A DNA stretch of 64,000 nt. It comes from Octopus vulgaris (taxonomy: Eukaryota). Both the position numbers and the translations under genes were made by a program. Shown in pieces: positions 1 through 12,833 of this stretch (the stretch's first letter is position 1; every line of letters begins with the position of its first letter). Location: contig OX597824.1 of the NCBI GenBank assembly GCA_951406725.2, positions 53,010,001-53,074,000 on the forward strand, in the 5' to 3' direction. The notes beneath the pieces are model-generated. The model was given only the letters and a program-made list of their open reading frames with translations, ran no database searches and was not told where the DNA came from.

Positions 1-220
1 TCACATCTAGCTTCACCATCTGATTGGATTCAATGGGTGTATCCTTGATAAATTCTGTAAAGTGGCTGGGATTCTTCACGTACGATGTTGACTTTCCTGC
101 TAATGGACTGATTATATACACAAGGAAGCGGCTCAATTGATGCTAGGACACAACAACCTCCTAAGCAGACCGAGTGTAGTTATGAACAGCATATGGGAAC
201 CGGTATTAAGGAAGGATAGG
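1..220. mobile_element. Penelope-like element (PLE) fragment: inverted RT piece joined to a GIY-YIG C-terminal piece
   Basis: Minus 1-115 translates IISPLAGKSTSYVKNPSHFTEFIKDTPIESNQMVKLDV (PLE RT region running into motif A). Plus ~122-215 translates KEAAQLMLGHNNLLSRPSVVMNSIWEPVLRK, resembling the PLE C-terminal 'KEA...N....W.P.L' end. Confidence 0.6.
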
Positions 221-255
221 AGAATAAACCCTAAAATTCACTCCATAATTGTCCA

Positions 256-346
256 CGGGCATATGGCGTAGTAGTTAAGAGAACGGGCTACTAAACCCAA
301 GATTCCGAGTTCGATTCCATGCAGTGACCAGAATAATAATAATAAC

Positions 347-382
<36 letters not shown>

Positions 383-1125
383 TATACGAACAGTGGCTCT
401 CATGGCTTCTGATTTAAACTGATTGGAAGTGTTATCATGTACATTGTTTTGTCTTGGTATAAAAGATGGGCTACAGCAAATATTCTGCTCAATACCATAG
501 ATTTGCTTGTCAGTTGTTTGACCTTAACCAGCTGAGCATATCCCTTAGTGGCTGACGATTTGTGCATCTCTGATCACAAGCAGAAGTAGTGGGGGAGCAT
601 CATAGCCCTGTGTTGAAAGGAATTCTTAGAGGTTTGGATAATTCACCTTTGGAAACATGGGTAGTTCGTTCAACATCCTTAAACAATCCTTATTCAGGGA
701 GCTTTTGAGCAGGATGGGCTACTCGATCAGAAGAAAATTCTAACTGGGCCCCACCTGCAAGGTCAAGCGCTGTTTATCTTGATATGAGATCACCATTCGC
801 GCACATATAGTTGTGATGCATGTGCCTGGTGTACCCATAGACAGGTAGTCATGATGGGTATTCTGGGCTTCATATGGTTTACCCCAGTGTCACTTTGATG
901 ACATGCACTGCTCTCTCTCACTCAATAAGAAGAAGAAGAAACAGAAGAAGAAGAAGAAGAAGAAGAAGAAGAAGAAGAAGAAGAAGAAGAAGAAGAAGAA
1001 GAAGAAAAATACCTTAGGAATGAGGACCCAGGTTCGAAATTTTCTCAGGACACGGGATGAAGGCTGGAGAGTATATCAGCCGAAAAGTTGAGGACAAATA
1101 TCCGTCAATTGTAAATAATGTAAAT
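256..1125 (+). mobile_element. tRNA-derived SINE split by an insertion (head 256-330, tail ~1005-1125)
   Basis: Head GGGCATATGGCGTAGTAGTTAAG...GAGTTCGATTCC has Pol III A and B boxes. The tail resumes after (AAT)n, the 540 bp element and (AAG)n, and contains a degenerate hammerhead-like GATGAAGGCTG...CAGCCGAAA. Joining head and tail is inference. Confidence 0.6.
388..925 (+). mobile_element. ~540 bp non-coding retroposon, copy 1 (AAT-flanked)
   Basis: High identity to 11467-12016, 21055-21462 and 21889-22367. All four end in CTCTCACTC-AAT and have variable 5' ends. Confidence 0.8.
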
Positions 1126-1649
1126 AATCTATATATTTAGAGTATAAAAACACAAGATTGATAAGCAACTTATCAATTTTACCAAGAAGCCTATAAATTA
1201 TCCAGTCTGTCATATGTTTCAATATTACTGTTAACTTGAATAGAAAGACAAGGTCATTTCTGAGAGTATTAAAACAAAGGTTTTTAATTCATTTAAATTA
1301 GAATATTAGATTAATTATACTTTCATTATAAATACGTAATTAAAAGAAAATGTTGCATAAAATCAGCAAATCATCTAACCGTGATAAAATCCATATTACC
1401 ATCTTTTATCAAGATCTTAGCTAATAACTAATAGCAAATTCATAGCACGATTAATTAAGAGCGATTTCTCTGGATGCTTATGTTGATTTCCGTATAAAGA
1501 AAAGATTCGATTTCGGTATTGAGATCATCAAAACTTAATGAATTAGTGTAATAAATAACATCAACAGTATATCACAATGATCCAGTTAGATAACTCGTAG
1601 TCCTCTAGTCACAAATAACGATTGAACTACTCATTAGTAGATGTCTTGT

Positions 1650-2200
1650 GTGATACTTTGGCTAAATCACTGAACTTATTCCTATCAAGCCTAACAGGAA
1701 AACAAGAGAAAGGCGTTTAGAGAAATGAATGGTAAGGGTAAAGTATTGATACATTAGTAGCAGATTCATAAGGGAAAATTCAACATATCGATGTTTAAAG
1801 ACATGATGCACCACATATGATATTTTGTTGATGTTGCATGCCCCTTTGACCACGAATAGTCAAGAAGGAAGTTGAAACAATTGATAAGTACAAGATTCTT
1901 AAGTACGAAATAGCCCGGCTATGGAAAATGAAGAAGGTGAAGATAATGCCAATTATAGTTGGGTCCTTGGGAACAGTATCAGAAAATATCAAGGTGGGTA
2001 TAAAGGAAATCTGAACAGAGTGCCAAGTAAAACTGTTACAAAAGGTTTACCTCCTTGGCATGCCCAGAATAATCATGAAAGTATCAGATAGTTGAAAAGA
2101 ATGGATAGCATGGTACCATAGGCTGCAGATAGCAAGGCCACTACGTGTGTAAGTCTCAAGGAGCTCTAAAAAAACCTGTGCTAAAGCGAAATAACAACAA
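1650..2200 (+). mobile_element. R4/Dong-like RLE LINE 3' fragment (degraded)
   Basis: Translates ...DVACPFD...KKEVETIDKYKILKYEIARLWKMKKVKIMPIIVGSLGTV (restriction-like endonuclease C-terminus). 3' UTR 2090-2190 matches 22390-22500. Ends in an AAT-like tract. Confidence 0.7.
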
Positions 2201-2474
2201 TAATAATGATGATGAAGATGATAGTAATAGTAACAGTACAGTTTATGCGCGAGAAGGAGAGAGGAATATAGAATGAAATGAAGAAATCCAAGACGGTTGA
2301 CGATTTCTAAGACAAAAGAAATGAAATTCTTTCGATATTTCATCTTTAAAATTCCAATTATTACACAGAAAAAAGTATGGTAGAAGATCAAAAGTATAAA
2401 GAGGTCTTAGCAAATCAATTAATTGTGTGCTTATCTATAGAGAAGTTGAAATAGTGCACATTATATTACACGTT

Positions 2475-2477
<3 letters not shown>

Positions 2478-2510
<33 letters not shown>

Positions 2511-2693
2511 TATATCTATATATATGTATGTATATTATGCATTTACGAATGTGTGTGTGTGCATAATGTATGTATTTATGTATATGTAAGTGTTAATGTT
2601 GTATTAATGTCACTGTATGAATGCATATACATAGAAACTAGTTATGTGTGTATGTATGTATTTATATGTATATATATATGTATATATATATAC

Positions 2694-2757
<64 letters not shown>

Positions 2758-2799
2758 AGATATATGTATATATATGTATATACATACATACATACATGA

Positions 2800-2872
<73 letters not shown>

Positions 2873-2878
2873 TATACA
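2478..2878. repeat. (TA)n/(TACA)n/(TG)n compound microsatellite
   Basis: Direct reading; source of the YIYI ORFs. Confidence 0.95.
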
Positions 2879-2899
2879 AGCACACACATTGCAAACACT

Positions 2900-3900
2900 C
2901 CAAGATTGGTGAACTTGATGTTGTTAAGCTTCCATTTAAACTGTTACCAGCAGGAAAGACAGCAAAAGGAGGTAAAACAAATCGTAATGGTTAGTACGAG
3001 GCCGGTGAAGTTCGATGCATCAAGGCTGACTTGGTGTGGAAAGACGATTGAGTCGAATGCCTGACTTGTGGAGATACAAGATCAGCCAACTCCGAGGATT
3101 AGAAGCCATTGACGGAGAAAACCGAGCGTTGAGGAACACCAGAGTTAAGACTAGAGTAGAAACAGCTCCATCAATAAAGCCTGCTGGCGAGTGACACAAG
3201 AGAGTATGTCTCTAGTAGACAGGCTCTGCGGAAGCCGTAGTGGTAGTAACAGAAGGGAACAATATTCACATGAAGAGTATAAAGTGGTATGAAATTGGCA
3301 GAACTCCAAGTCGACTGTCTTGGAGTGCCAAAGAGTAAGGTGGTTGGGGTATTGTCTTGTATGTGATTGTGTGTTGGGCAGTTTTAGTATGGCAGTGGTC
3401 GGAAGTGTCGATGTCTACAGAGAAGAATATGATTAGGTAAATGCTAGGTTTGAAGAAAGAGGCTGCATGTGTTTGGGATGTTTGTGTCTCGATCTGGAAT
3501 GCGACAAGATGAAACTCGTTAACAAGCTAGGATAAAGAAATGAGAACAGCAAAACATCTGGCTTCGGCAGCATCTGTGTAAATTGAGTGTGACTATCATG
3601 CTGTTGAAGTCACCACAGGAGTGACGACAGATGAGACCAATGTCTGCAATTCAAGTTTGATATGGTCAAAGAGTTGTTGGTGGCTTGAGGAGTCTAGAGA
3701 GCGTTAGAGGAAGCAAATATTTGGTGGAAGAGACTGCATGAAAGAGGGGAAAAAAGAGATTTTCACTCATACAAGGTTCTGAAATCCAGGAGGGGAAGTT
3801 GAGAAACAGAAAAACAGGAGCCTTCGTGCGTACAAGCACTGCCTGTTGGAATGAATTTCAAATAAAGTGAATCATGGGCAGTGAAGTGTTTGAGAAATTT
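2900..3900 (-). mobile_element. Heavily degraded, internally deleted CR1/Jockey-group LINE
   Basis: Minus-strand remnants GDFNS, RIPDRDTNIPNTCSLFL and TSDHC (APE endonuclease motifs) and SSELADLV...RTNHY (CR1-like C-terminus), across many frameshifts. Confidence 0.45.
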
Positions 3901-4580
3901 GTATTTCGAGAGACATAGGGTGTATGGTTTGTGTGTGAATATGAGGTGTTGCGTAGGATTTGGTTGGCGATAAATTCTCACATGTCGCACATGTTTGAGA
4001 AGTGGAAGGTGAATTGGTCAAGGGGTTGGTATCAATACAGAATGCCCTTTCGTGTAGATAATAATAATCAGCGTCATCGAATTGAATAATAATTGTGGTG
4101 TCTCTCTTCAATGCCATTAAAACCACTTAATAATTGCACAAGTGATATTCCATAAATTTAAATTATTGGGTCTGCTAATTACTTTGTATCTTGTAATCTA
4201 TTATTACGTTAGATTGCAAGATCTAACGTAATAATGTTTAGGTTGTGTTTTGCAGGATGAGGATGAGTTTACAATTTGTACGATTTACCCAGGTTGGTTT
4301 TTGCCTTCCGTTGTTTTTACCTTCTGTTTCATTTCACGTTGTGTTTTTGCCTTCTGCTAAAGCCTGTGCTCAGGTATCTACAACAACGTAAAACTGAATT
4401 TCAGCTTTTTATATTGCCGTGATAGATCAACAACAATTACTCCATATGGTGAGAGATAAATACTATTTAATAGACACAGTACATGATTGATTGATTCATT
4501 CATTCATTGATTCTAGTTTCAGCTTATGAGCTGTGGCCATGCTGGGGCACCGCCATTTGGTGTTGCTACTTGGTTTCACT

Positions 4581-7568
4581 TCACGAAAGCTTTCTAGCAA
4601 CTGCCATTTGGTGCATGAGAGAGTTCGATGCAGCTGCCCTCATCTGCCCCTCATGCCGTGAAGTTGGTTCATCTGGGACACCTGACAGGAAGAGATCCAG
4701 CTTCATTTTAAAGACATCTGCATCCACCCCATGCAGGTCTCTCAGGTTCTTCGGGAGGATATTGAAGAGCTGTGGGCCTCGGAAGCCCAGGCTATCACAG
4801 AATCTTGTCCTACATCTTGATGGCAAGTTTGGAGTCCTAGGCACCACGCAGTGGCGCCCAGTTCTGGCATTTGCGTAACTCTCGATGCCAAAGTTCAGGA
4901 CACGTCCCTCCAGGATCTATATTATGTATATTATGGCATATCTTTCCCGCCTACGCTCCAGGGAATATAGTTTTAATCTCTTGAGTCTTTCCCAGTAGCT
5001 TACATTCTGCATAGAGGCTATCTTTTTCGTGTAGCTACGTTGGATCGCCTCGAGCTCTGTGATCAACTTGACACTGGATGGTGACCATAACTGAGAGCAG
5101 TAGTCAAAGTGGCTTAGGACAAGTGTCCTCCAGAGGACCATCATGGTTTCTTGTTCTCTTGTTCTAAAGGTTCTGAGGATCCATCCGGCCAGTCGTCTAC
5201 ATTTCATTGCCAATTTAGCAACATGTACACGAAAGGTCGCGTCATCACTCATGTAAATACCTAGGTCACGCACTGATTGTGCCTCTGGGATTGCTATTCC
5301 TCCGGGTCCAGTGTATTCATTGGGTATTGCATTTAGTTTTGCATGCTGATAGTATAGAGCTTGAAACTTTTCAGCATTGAACTGCATGCTATTCTTTTCG
5401 GCCCACTTGTATATTTTGTCTAGCTCACATTGCAGGTGTTTAGTGTCCTCAGGGTTCTGTATTGCCTGTGAAACTTTTGTATCATCTGCATAACTTGTGA
5501 TCGTGGCTCTCTGCGTGGCTGAGGGCATGTCTGAGAGGGCCATTATGAACAGTAGTGGTCCCAGAACAGTGCCCTGCGGAACACTGCTCACTATTTGCGT
5601 GTTAATGGAAGTGGCCCCATTGGCCACTACCACCTGACTTCTATCTTTCAGAAAGTCATGAAGCCATTCTCCCAGTTTTCCAACTATGTTGAGATCACGC
5701 AGTTTGTGACATATCATTCCATGATCGACTTTATCAAAGGCCTTTGCAAAGTCGAGATATATCACTTCCACATTTGAGTGGTTGAGCAGCCGTTTCAGCA
5801 CCCAGTCATAGTGTTGAAGGAGCTGAGTTAAACAGCTTCTCCCTGGTCGGAAACCATGTTGGGTGTCGGGCAGCAAGTCATTCTCTTCAAGGAAGGTGAT
5901 CAGCTTCCTTCTGACTATTCGTTCCATGACCTTGCTGATGTGTGAGGTCAGAGAGATAGGTCTATAGTTCTTGGCTTCCGCTCTGCTACCTCCTTTATGA
6001 ATGGGGCATATTTTACCTTCCTTCAGTTTTCTTGGGAGTTTGCCAGCTGCAAGGAAGCTCTGAAAGAGGAACTGCAGTGGTCTTGCTAGGACTCTCTTAC
6101 ATGCTTTTAGGAGGATTGCCGGGAATCCATCGGGGCCAGTAGCTGAGTCTGTTTTCATTTCATCTATAGCCTTGATTACATCGTCTTCGATGTAATCTAT
6201 CGTCGCCGCCTCTGATTTTATATCTGCAGTGGTAAAAAAGTCAGTTGGATTGGTGATTTGGAGATGCCCAAGGGGTGGAGTGAAAACACTCTTGAATTGC
6301 TCATTCAGTATTTCACTTACCCTCATTGGTTTTCCTGTAAGTGTGCCATCCTTTTCGAGGAGTGGCCCTATTCTACAGTGCACCGTAGCTGTTTCTTTGG
6401 CATACCTGTAGAAAGCTCTGGGGTTAGATTTTATGTTGTCTATAGCCCAGGCTTCTTTGTCTGCTCTTTCCTTTTCATGGGAGAGTTGCAGACATTTTTC
6501 GATTTCCAACAGTTTTATTTTTAGGCGGGACTTTTCACTGCTTTCAATCTGTTTGTTTAGGCGATTTGAAAATTTTGTACGCCGTCTCATTAAAATTTTC
6601 CTCTCTCTGGGGATTTTGTTCTTGTGTACAGTGGCCTTTCTCTCTGGGACACATTTGTAGCATATGGCTTGCATTACAGACATGAATTGTTGAAGTTTCA
6701 CGTCGATGTCTGGCGAGGAGAGACATTTAGGCCAGTTTTGTTTGAGGATCTCTTTCTCAATTTGTTTCCAGTTTGCCTTATGGTAGTTCAAGCTGGAAAG
6801 ATTCTGAGGGTTTCTTGTAGGCTGCATGTCCGTGCTCTCTTTTGACCCGTACATGGTCAGCTCTATCATGTTGTGATCCGAGATTAGTGTCGGTGTCACT
6901 TTCACATTATGGATGAGATCCATGTCATTTGTGAAGCAGAGATCCAGTGTGTTACCTGCCCTGGTTGGTTGGAGTATTACCTGCTCCATGTACAGGGTGT
7001 TGATGAGGTTCAGGAGGGACCTCGCCTGTCCTCGTTCACATCTTGTCATTCCTGGGAGAGAAAGGCCCTCGGGCCATCTGACATTGGGCAGATTGAAGTC
7101 TCCCATAAGAAGTACACTTATGTGTTGTTCTAATGTGGTTAGAACTTCTTCTATTTTTATAAGGCAGTCTTCAAACTTGCCCACATGGCTTGGGGCATCT
7201 GGAGGGCGATATGTAGCACACACAACTACATCAAGTTGCCTAATATGTACAATTAGTGTGTCACACACCGAGTTTGAGTATGACAAGAGGACCTAGCGTG
7301 TGAGGTCCTCACGGATGTACATAGCAACACCTCCATGACTCCTTTCTTTCCTGTCGGTCCGTAGTACAGCATACTGTGGTATGTGTAACTCCGCATCTGC
7401 TATATCCGGTTTCAGGTGCGTTTCCGTAAGTGCTATGCATAAGGCTTGATTGCATGCAACAAAGTCTCTCAGGAACGGGATTTTTGTCCTGTTACTGAGT
7501 GTTTGCAGTCCTCTGATGTTCAGTAGGAGCATCGAGGTGAGGTGTACGTTGTTGCCGGTGGTGTCCAT
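4581..7568 (-). pseudogene. LINE ORF2 (APE endonuclease + reverse transcriptase) with two in-frame TAG stops
   Basis: ORFs 7293-7676, 4917-7286 and 4581-4847 are in one frame, separated by TAG at 7293-7295 and 4917-4919. Motifs: LNIRGL, LTETHL, GGVAMY, YRPP, GDFN, LDLCF, SDH, YRPISL, QHGFRPG, YLDFAKAFDKV, VPQGTVLGP, YADD, DLGI. Confidence 0.92.
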
Positions 7569-8281
7569 CCTGGGTCTGTTTGCTGTGGTGGTCTGGTATA
7601 TAGTGGGTAGTCCCACCTGCGAGCTTGGGTTTGATGAAGCCAGGTCAGCTGCTGTACAATCTTTTGTGCCATGCACAAAAAAGATTGTTGCTCAGCAACT
7701 GCCCTTTCGACAACATCATGTTGGTGGTTTGTGGCACGCACAACATCTGCGTACCTCCGCTTTGGGGCAAGTGGTGCGTGGTCCATCCCTTTTCCTTGTG
7801 TTGATGGTTTGTCCATCTGCCTCGTGTCTCTGTGGCAGGGTCCCCGATGTGCAAAGCGGCAGCCTGCACCTTCCTTTCCATGCCAGCAGGAACCTCTAAG
7901 GTAGAACCTACACACCCATGTGCGCTGTTTGTTTCCATCTTTTGCGGTTCCACTTCTATTCCTGGTTTTTTCACCCTTTGGTCCTGCTTGAGCTTTTCCT
8001 TTAGCTCTTCCAGCCCTTCTTTTAGTTCTTTCATCGTCTCCATTCTTGCCATCTTTGCCCCGCTCGTTCTCAAAGATGGCATCAAGTGCGCCAATGTGCG
8101 ACCGTATAAGCGCATATGAGCGCACGAATTCCCGTCTCTTTCGCTCCATCTGAGCCGCTGTCCTCTTGTAGCCTTTGCCCTTCAGCACAGCCGCAATCAC
8201 CTCGCTAGGGCTATCTCCGTCGGCGCACTTCCAGGCTCGTACGATTAAATCTAGTTCGTCAGGTCTCCATGCTCTGGACAT
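7520..8281 (-). CDS. LINE ORF1 with N-terminal Myb/SANT(trihelix)-like domain and CCCH zinc finger
   Basis: W..DE..L...W...IA..L...GY.RT..Q...K pattern and CRFYLRGSCWHGKEGAGCRFAH (C-x7-C-x8-C-x3-H). Open 253 aa frame just upstream of, and overlapping, ORF2. Confidence 0.75.
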   Translation of the reverse strand: MSRAWRPDELDLIVRAWKCADGDSPSEVIAAVLKGKGYKRTAAQMERKRREFVRSYALIRSHIGALDAIFENERGKDGKNGDDERTKRRAGRAKGKAQAGPKGEKTRNRSGTAKDGNKQRTWVCRFYLRGSCWHGKEGAGCRFAHRGPCHRDTRQMDKPSTQGKGMDHAPLAPKRRYADVVRATNHQHDVVERAVAEQQSFLCMAQKIVQQLTWLHQTQARRWDYPLYTRPPQQTDPGWTPPATTYTSPRCSY

Positions 8282-8342
8282 GCTGGATGATCTGTCTATT
8301 TGTTTATCTATCTAACTATGTTCGAGAGAAGACAAGAAGATA

Positions 8343-8494
8343 TTAAGGCTAATTAGAAGATAGAGTATTTGGAAAAAAAAATATTAACAATATTAAAGTT
8401 TGTGGGTAAAAACGTTATTTAATCTTAAGGCTAATTAGAGGATAGAGTATTATTAATATTAACAATATTAAAGTTTGTGGGTAATAACGTTATT
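8343..8494. repeat. ~80 bp tandem duplication at the LINE 5' boundary
   Basis: TTAAGGCTAATTAGA(A/G)GATAGAGTATT...AATATTAAAGTTTGTGGGTAA.AACGTTATTT occurs twice. Confidence 0.85.
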
Positions 8495-10427
<1,933 letters not shown>

Positions 10428-10495
10428 AAAATATAAAAGTTGGTTATGCGTGCATATTAAGACGCGTTTTGTATATTTCAATGAAAAAAATTTCT

Positions 10496-11000
10496 TTATT
10501 TAAGCGTTCTATTTGAGAGATTGTGTCTTTGCACTGATAGAAAGTGAGTGAATTCTGTGGTTTTTGTAGGCATTTGAAATTTTTTTACTTTCGGGAAAGG
10601 AACCAATTTATTGTTTTCAAGACCAAATATTAAATGTTCTTGCATTTTCGACTGATCAAATAAAAACTTCTTTGGAACGTTTACAATAACCAGTTCAAAT
10701 GCGTACACCAGGGAAAAGGACCTCGATCATATGCGCCAATTTGGAGATTAGTAATATGAACTTGTTGAACTGTAGGAATCACGTTTGTTTGTGGTGAGTA
10801 CGGCACTGTTATTTGTGCTGTTAGTTCCCGTGGTACTAGTAAGTTCAAACTGTCATAAACATAAACATCTCCGAAAAAATTGTTCAAGGACACTAAATAT
10901 CTCCTTAATGTCTACATCAAGCAATACTAATTTTGAACGATAGTGTTCAATAATAGCTTCCATTCTGTGAAATGAATTGCGCTCGAAAATCAATTAAAAC
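10496..11000 (-). pseudogene. Degraded Ulp1/C48-like cysteine peptidase fragment (probably transposon cargo)
   Basis: DVYVYDSL...LQIGAYDRG(PF) then, after a frameshift, YAFEL...FDQSKMQEHLIFGLENNKLVPFP. This resembles 'V.VYDSL...Q.G..DCG.FA...FDQ.KMR.HL..CLE...PFP'; the catalytic Cys is lost. Confidence 0.6.
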
Positions 11001-11412
11001 TTTTGAAGCAATGAATCGTCAGCCTGTGATGCACATATCGGTATATTTGATGTAAGACTGTCCGGTATAACTTTTTCTAGTTTGTATGTTTCCAGAAATG
11101 ATAAATGACTTTTGATGTTAGCATGAAAACGATTAAGTTTTTTAACTGATTCTCTGATTCGTATTTGAATAGTACAAAATCCATTGGCGCAGGATTTGGC
11201 TCAACACTGGATTCTAGCGAAACTAAAAGGGTTGACAAGCAAATGTATGAAGGAATAAAACGCAAGAGCTGTAATTTACTTTACGATTTTCCTTAGACAC
11301 CGGACTGTTTAGGTATCTTCCAGAATTTCTAAATGTTCTAATTCTTATTCGATGTAAAAAAAATCAATCATCCCAATCTATTGATTTTGATAATAATAAT
11401 AATAATAATAAC

Positions 11413-11464
<52 letters not shown>

Positions 11465-11466
11465 TT

Positions 11467-12016
11467 ATGTCCTGATGTAGAACTAGACAGTGGCTCTCAT
11501 GGCTTCTGATTTTAACTGATTGGAAGTATTATCATGTACATTGTTTTGTCTTGGTATGGGCGACAGCAAATATTCTGCTCAATACCACAGATTTGCTTGT
11601 CAGTTGTTTGACCTTAACCAGTTGAGTAAGTCCCTTGGTGGGTGACGATATGTGCATCTCTGACCACAAGCAGAAGTAGTGGGGGAGCATCATAGCCCTG
11701 TGTTGAAAAGAATTCTTGCAGGTGTGGATAATTCACCTTTGGAAACATGGGTGGTTCGTTCAACATCCTTAAACAATCCTTATTCAGGGACCTTTTGAGC
11801 GGAGTGGGCTACTCAACCAGAAGAAATTTCTTACTGGCCCCCACCTGCAAGGTCAAGCGCTGTTTATCTTGATATGAGATCACCATTCACGCATATATCG
11901 TTGTGATGCATGTGCCTAGTGTACCCTTATCAGACGGGTAGTCATGATGAGTATACAGGGCTTCGTATGGTTTACCCCAGTGTCACTTTGTTAGTATGAT
12001 CTGCTCTCTCACTCAA
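11467..12016 (+). mobile_element. ~540 bp non-coding retroposon, copy 2
   Basis: Homologous to 388-925; flanked by (AAT)n on both sides. Confidence 0.8.
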
Positions 12017-12024
12017 TGATGATC

Positions 12025-12080
<56 letters not shown>

Positions 12081-12081
<1 letters not shown>

Positions 12082-12780
12082 TAATGAAAAGAAATATAAC
12101 AAGTAACTGCAGAATATGTGGAGATGGACAAGAAACAATAAATCATATTATCTCTGGCTGCCCAGTCCTGGCTAAGAAGGAATATATTCACAGACACGAC
12201 AGAGTTGGGACCTACATACACTGGAAACTATGCCAACATTATGGAATAACAACAGAAAAAAGATGGTATAGGCACACACCAGAAAAGGTCACAGAAAACG
12301 AGAAAGCAACCATACTCTGGGATATGCCAATACACACAGATAGAGAAATTAAGGCCAACAGACCAGATATAGCTGTCAGAGATCATGAAGAAAAAAATGT
12401 TTTCTAATTGATGTATCAATACCAGCGGATGACAACGTGTCTCTAAAAGAAATGGAGAAACTTTCAAAATACAAAGACCTGGAAATAGAGGTAACCAGAA
12501 TGTGGAATCTAAAAGCAGAAACAATTCCTATCATAATAGGTGCATTAGGCATGATAAAAAAATATGCAGACAAATACATAACAAAAACACCAGGACTTAC
12601 AAACACATATAACATACAGAAAATTGTTGCACTACTAGGCACTGCACACATCCTACGCAGAACACTTTCCATACAATAACCATCAGAGCATCACAATAAA
12701 TCACAGCACATACCCAAGGCACACAGGGCTGTGCTCGGTAGTGCAGTGAAAGCACGATATAAAAAATATACTACTGAATA
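12081..12780 (+). mobile_element. 5'-truncated R4/Dong-like RLE LINE (family A)
   Basis: CRICGDGQETINHIISGC...RHD (CCHC), RPDI, KLSKYKDL, IIIGALG. Near-identical to 17441-17985. Bounded by (AAT)n. Confidence 0.88.
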
Positions 12781-12786
12781 ATAATG

Positions 12787-12829
<43 letters not shown>

Positions 12830-12833
<4 letters not shown>

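Larger units (their letters stand above)
4485..8290 (-). mobile_element. Near full-length CR1/L2-group LINE retrotransposon
   Basis: ORF1 plus APE-RT ORF2; short 3' UTR ending in a (TGAA/TCAA)n tail at 4485-4510. Confidence 0.92.

Noticed and set aside
256-330. Possible tRNA gene (likewise 29935-30013 and 57780-57850)
   Set aside because: A/B boxes are present but there is no complete acceptor stem, and each continues into a repeat body; these are SINE heads.
7450-8119. Additional overlapping ORFs (7645-8115 minus; 7450-7899 and 7832-8119 plus)
   Set aside because: Alternate or antisense frames of GC-richer LINE sequence with no recognisable motifs.
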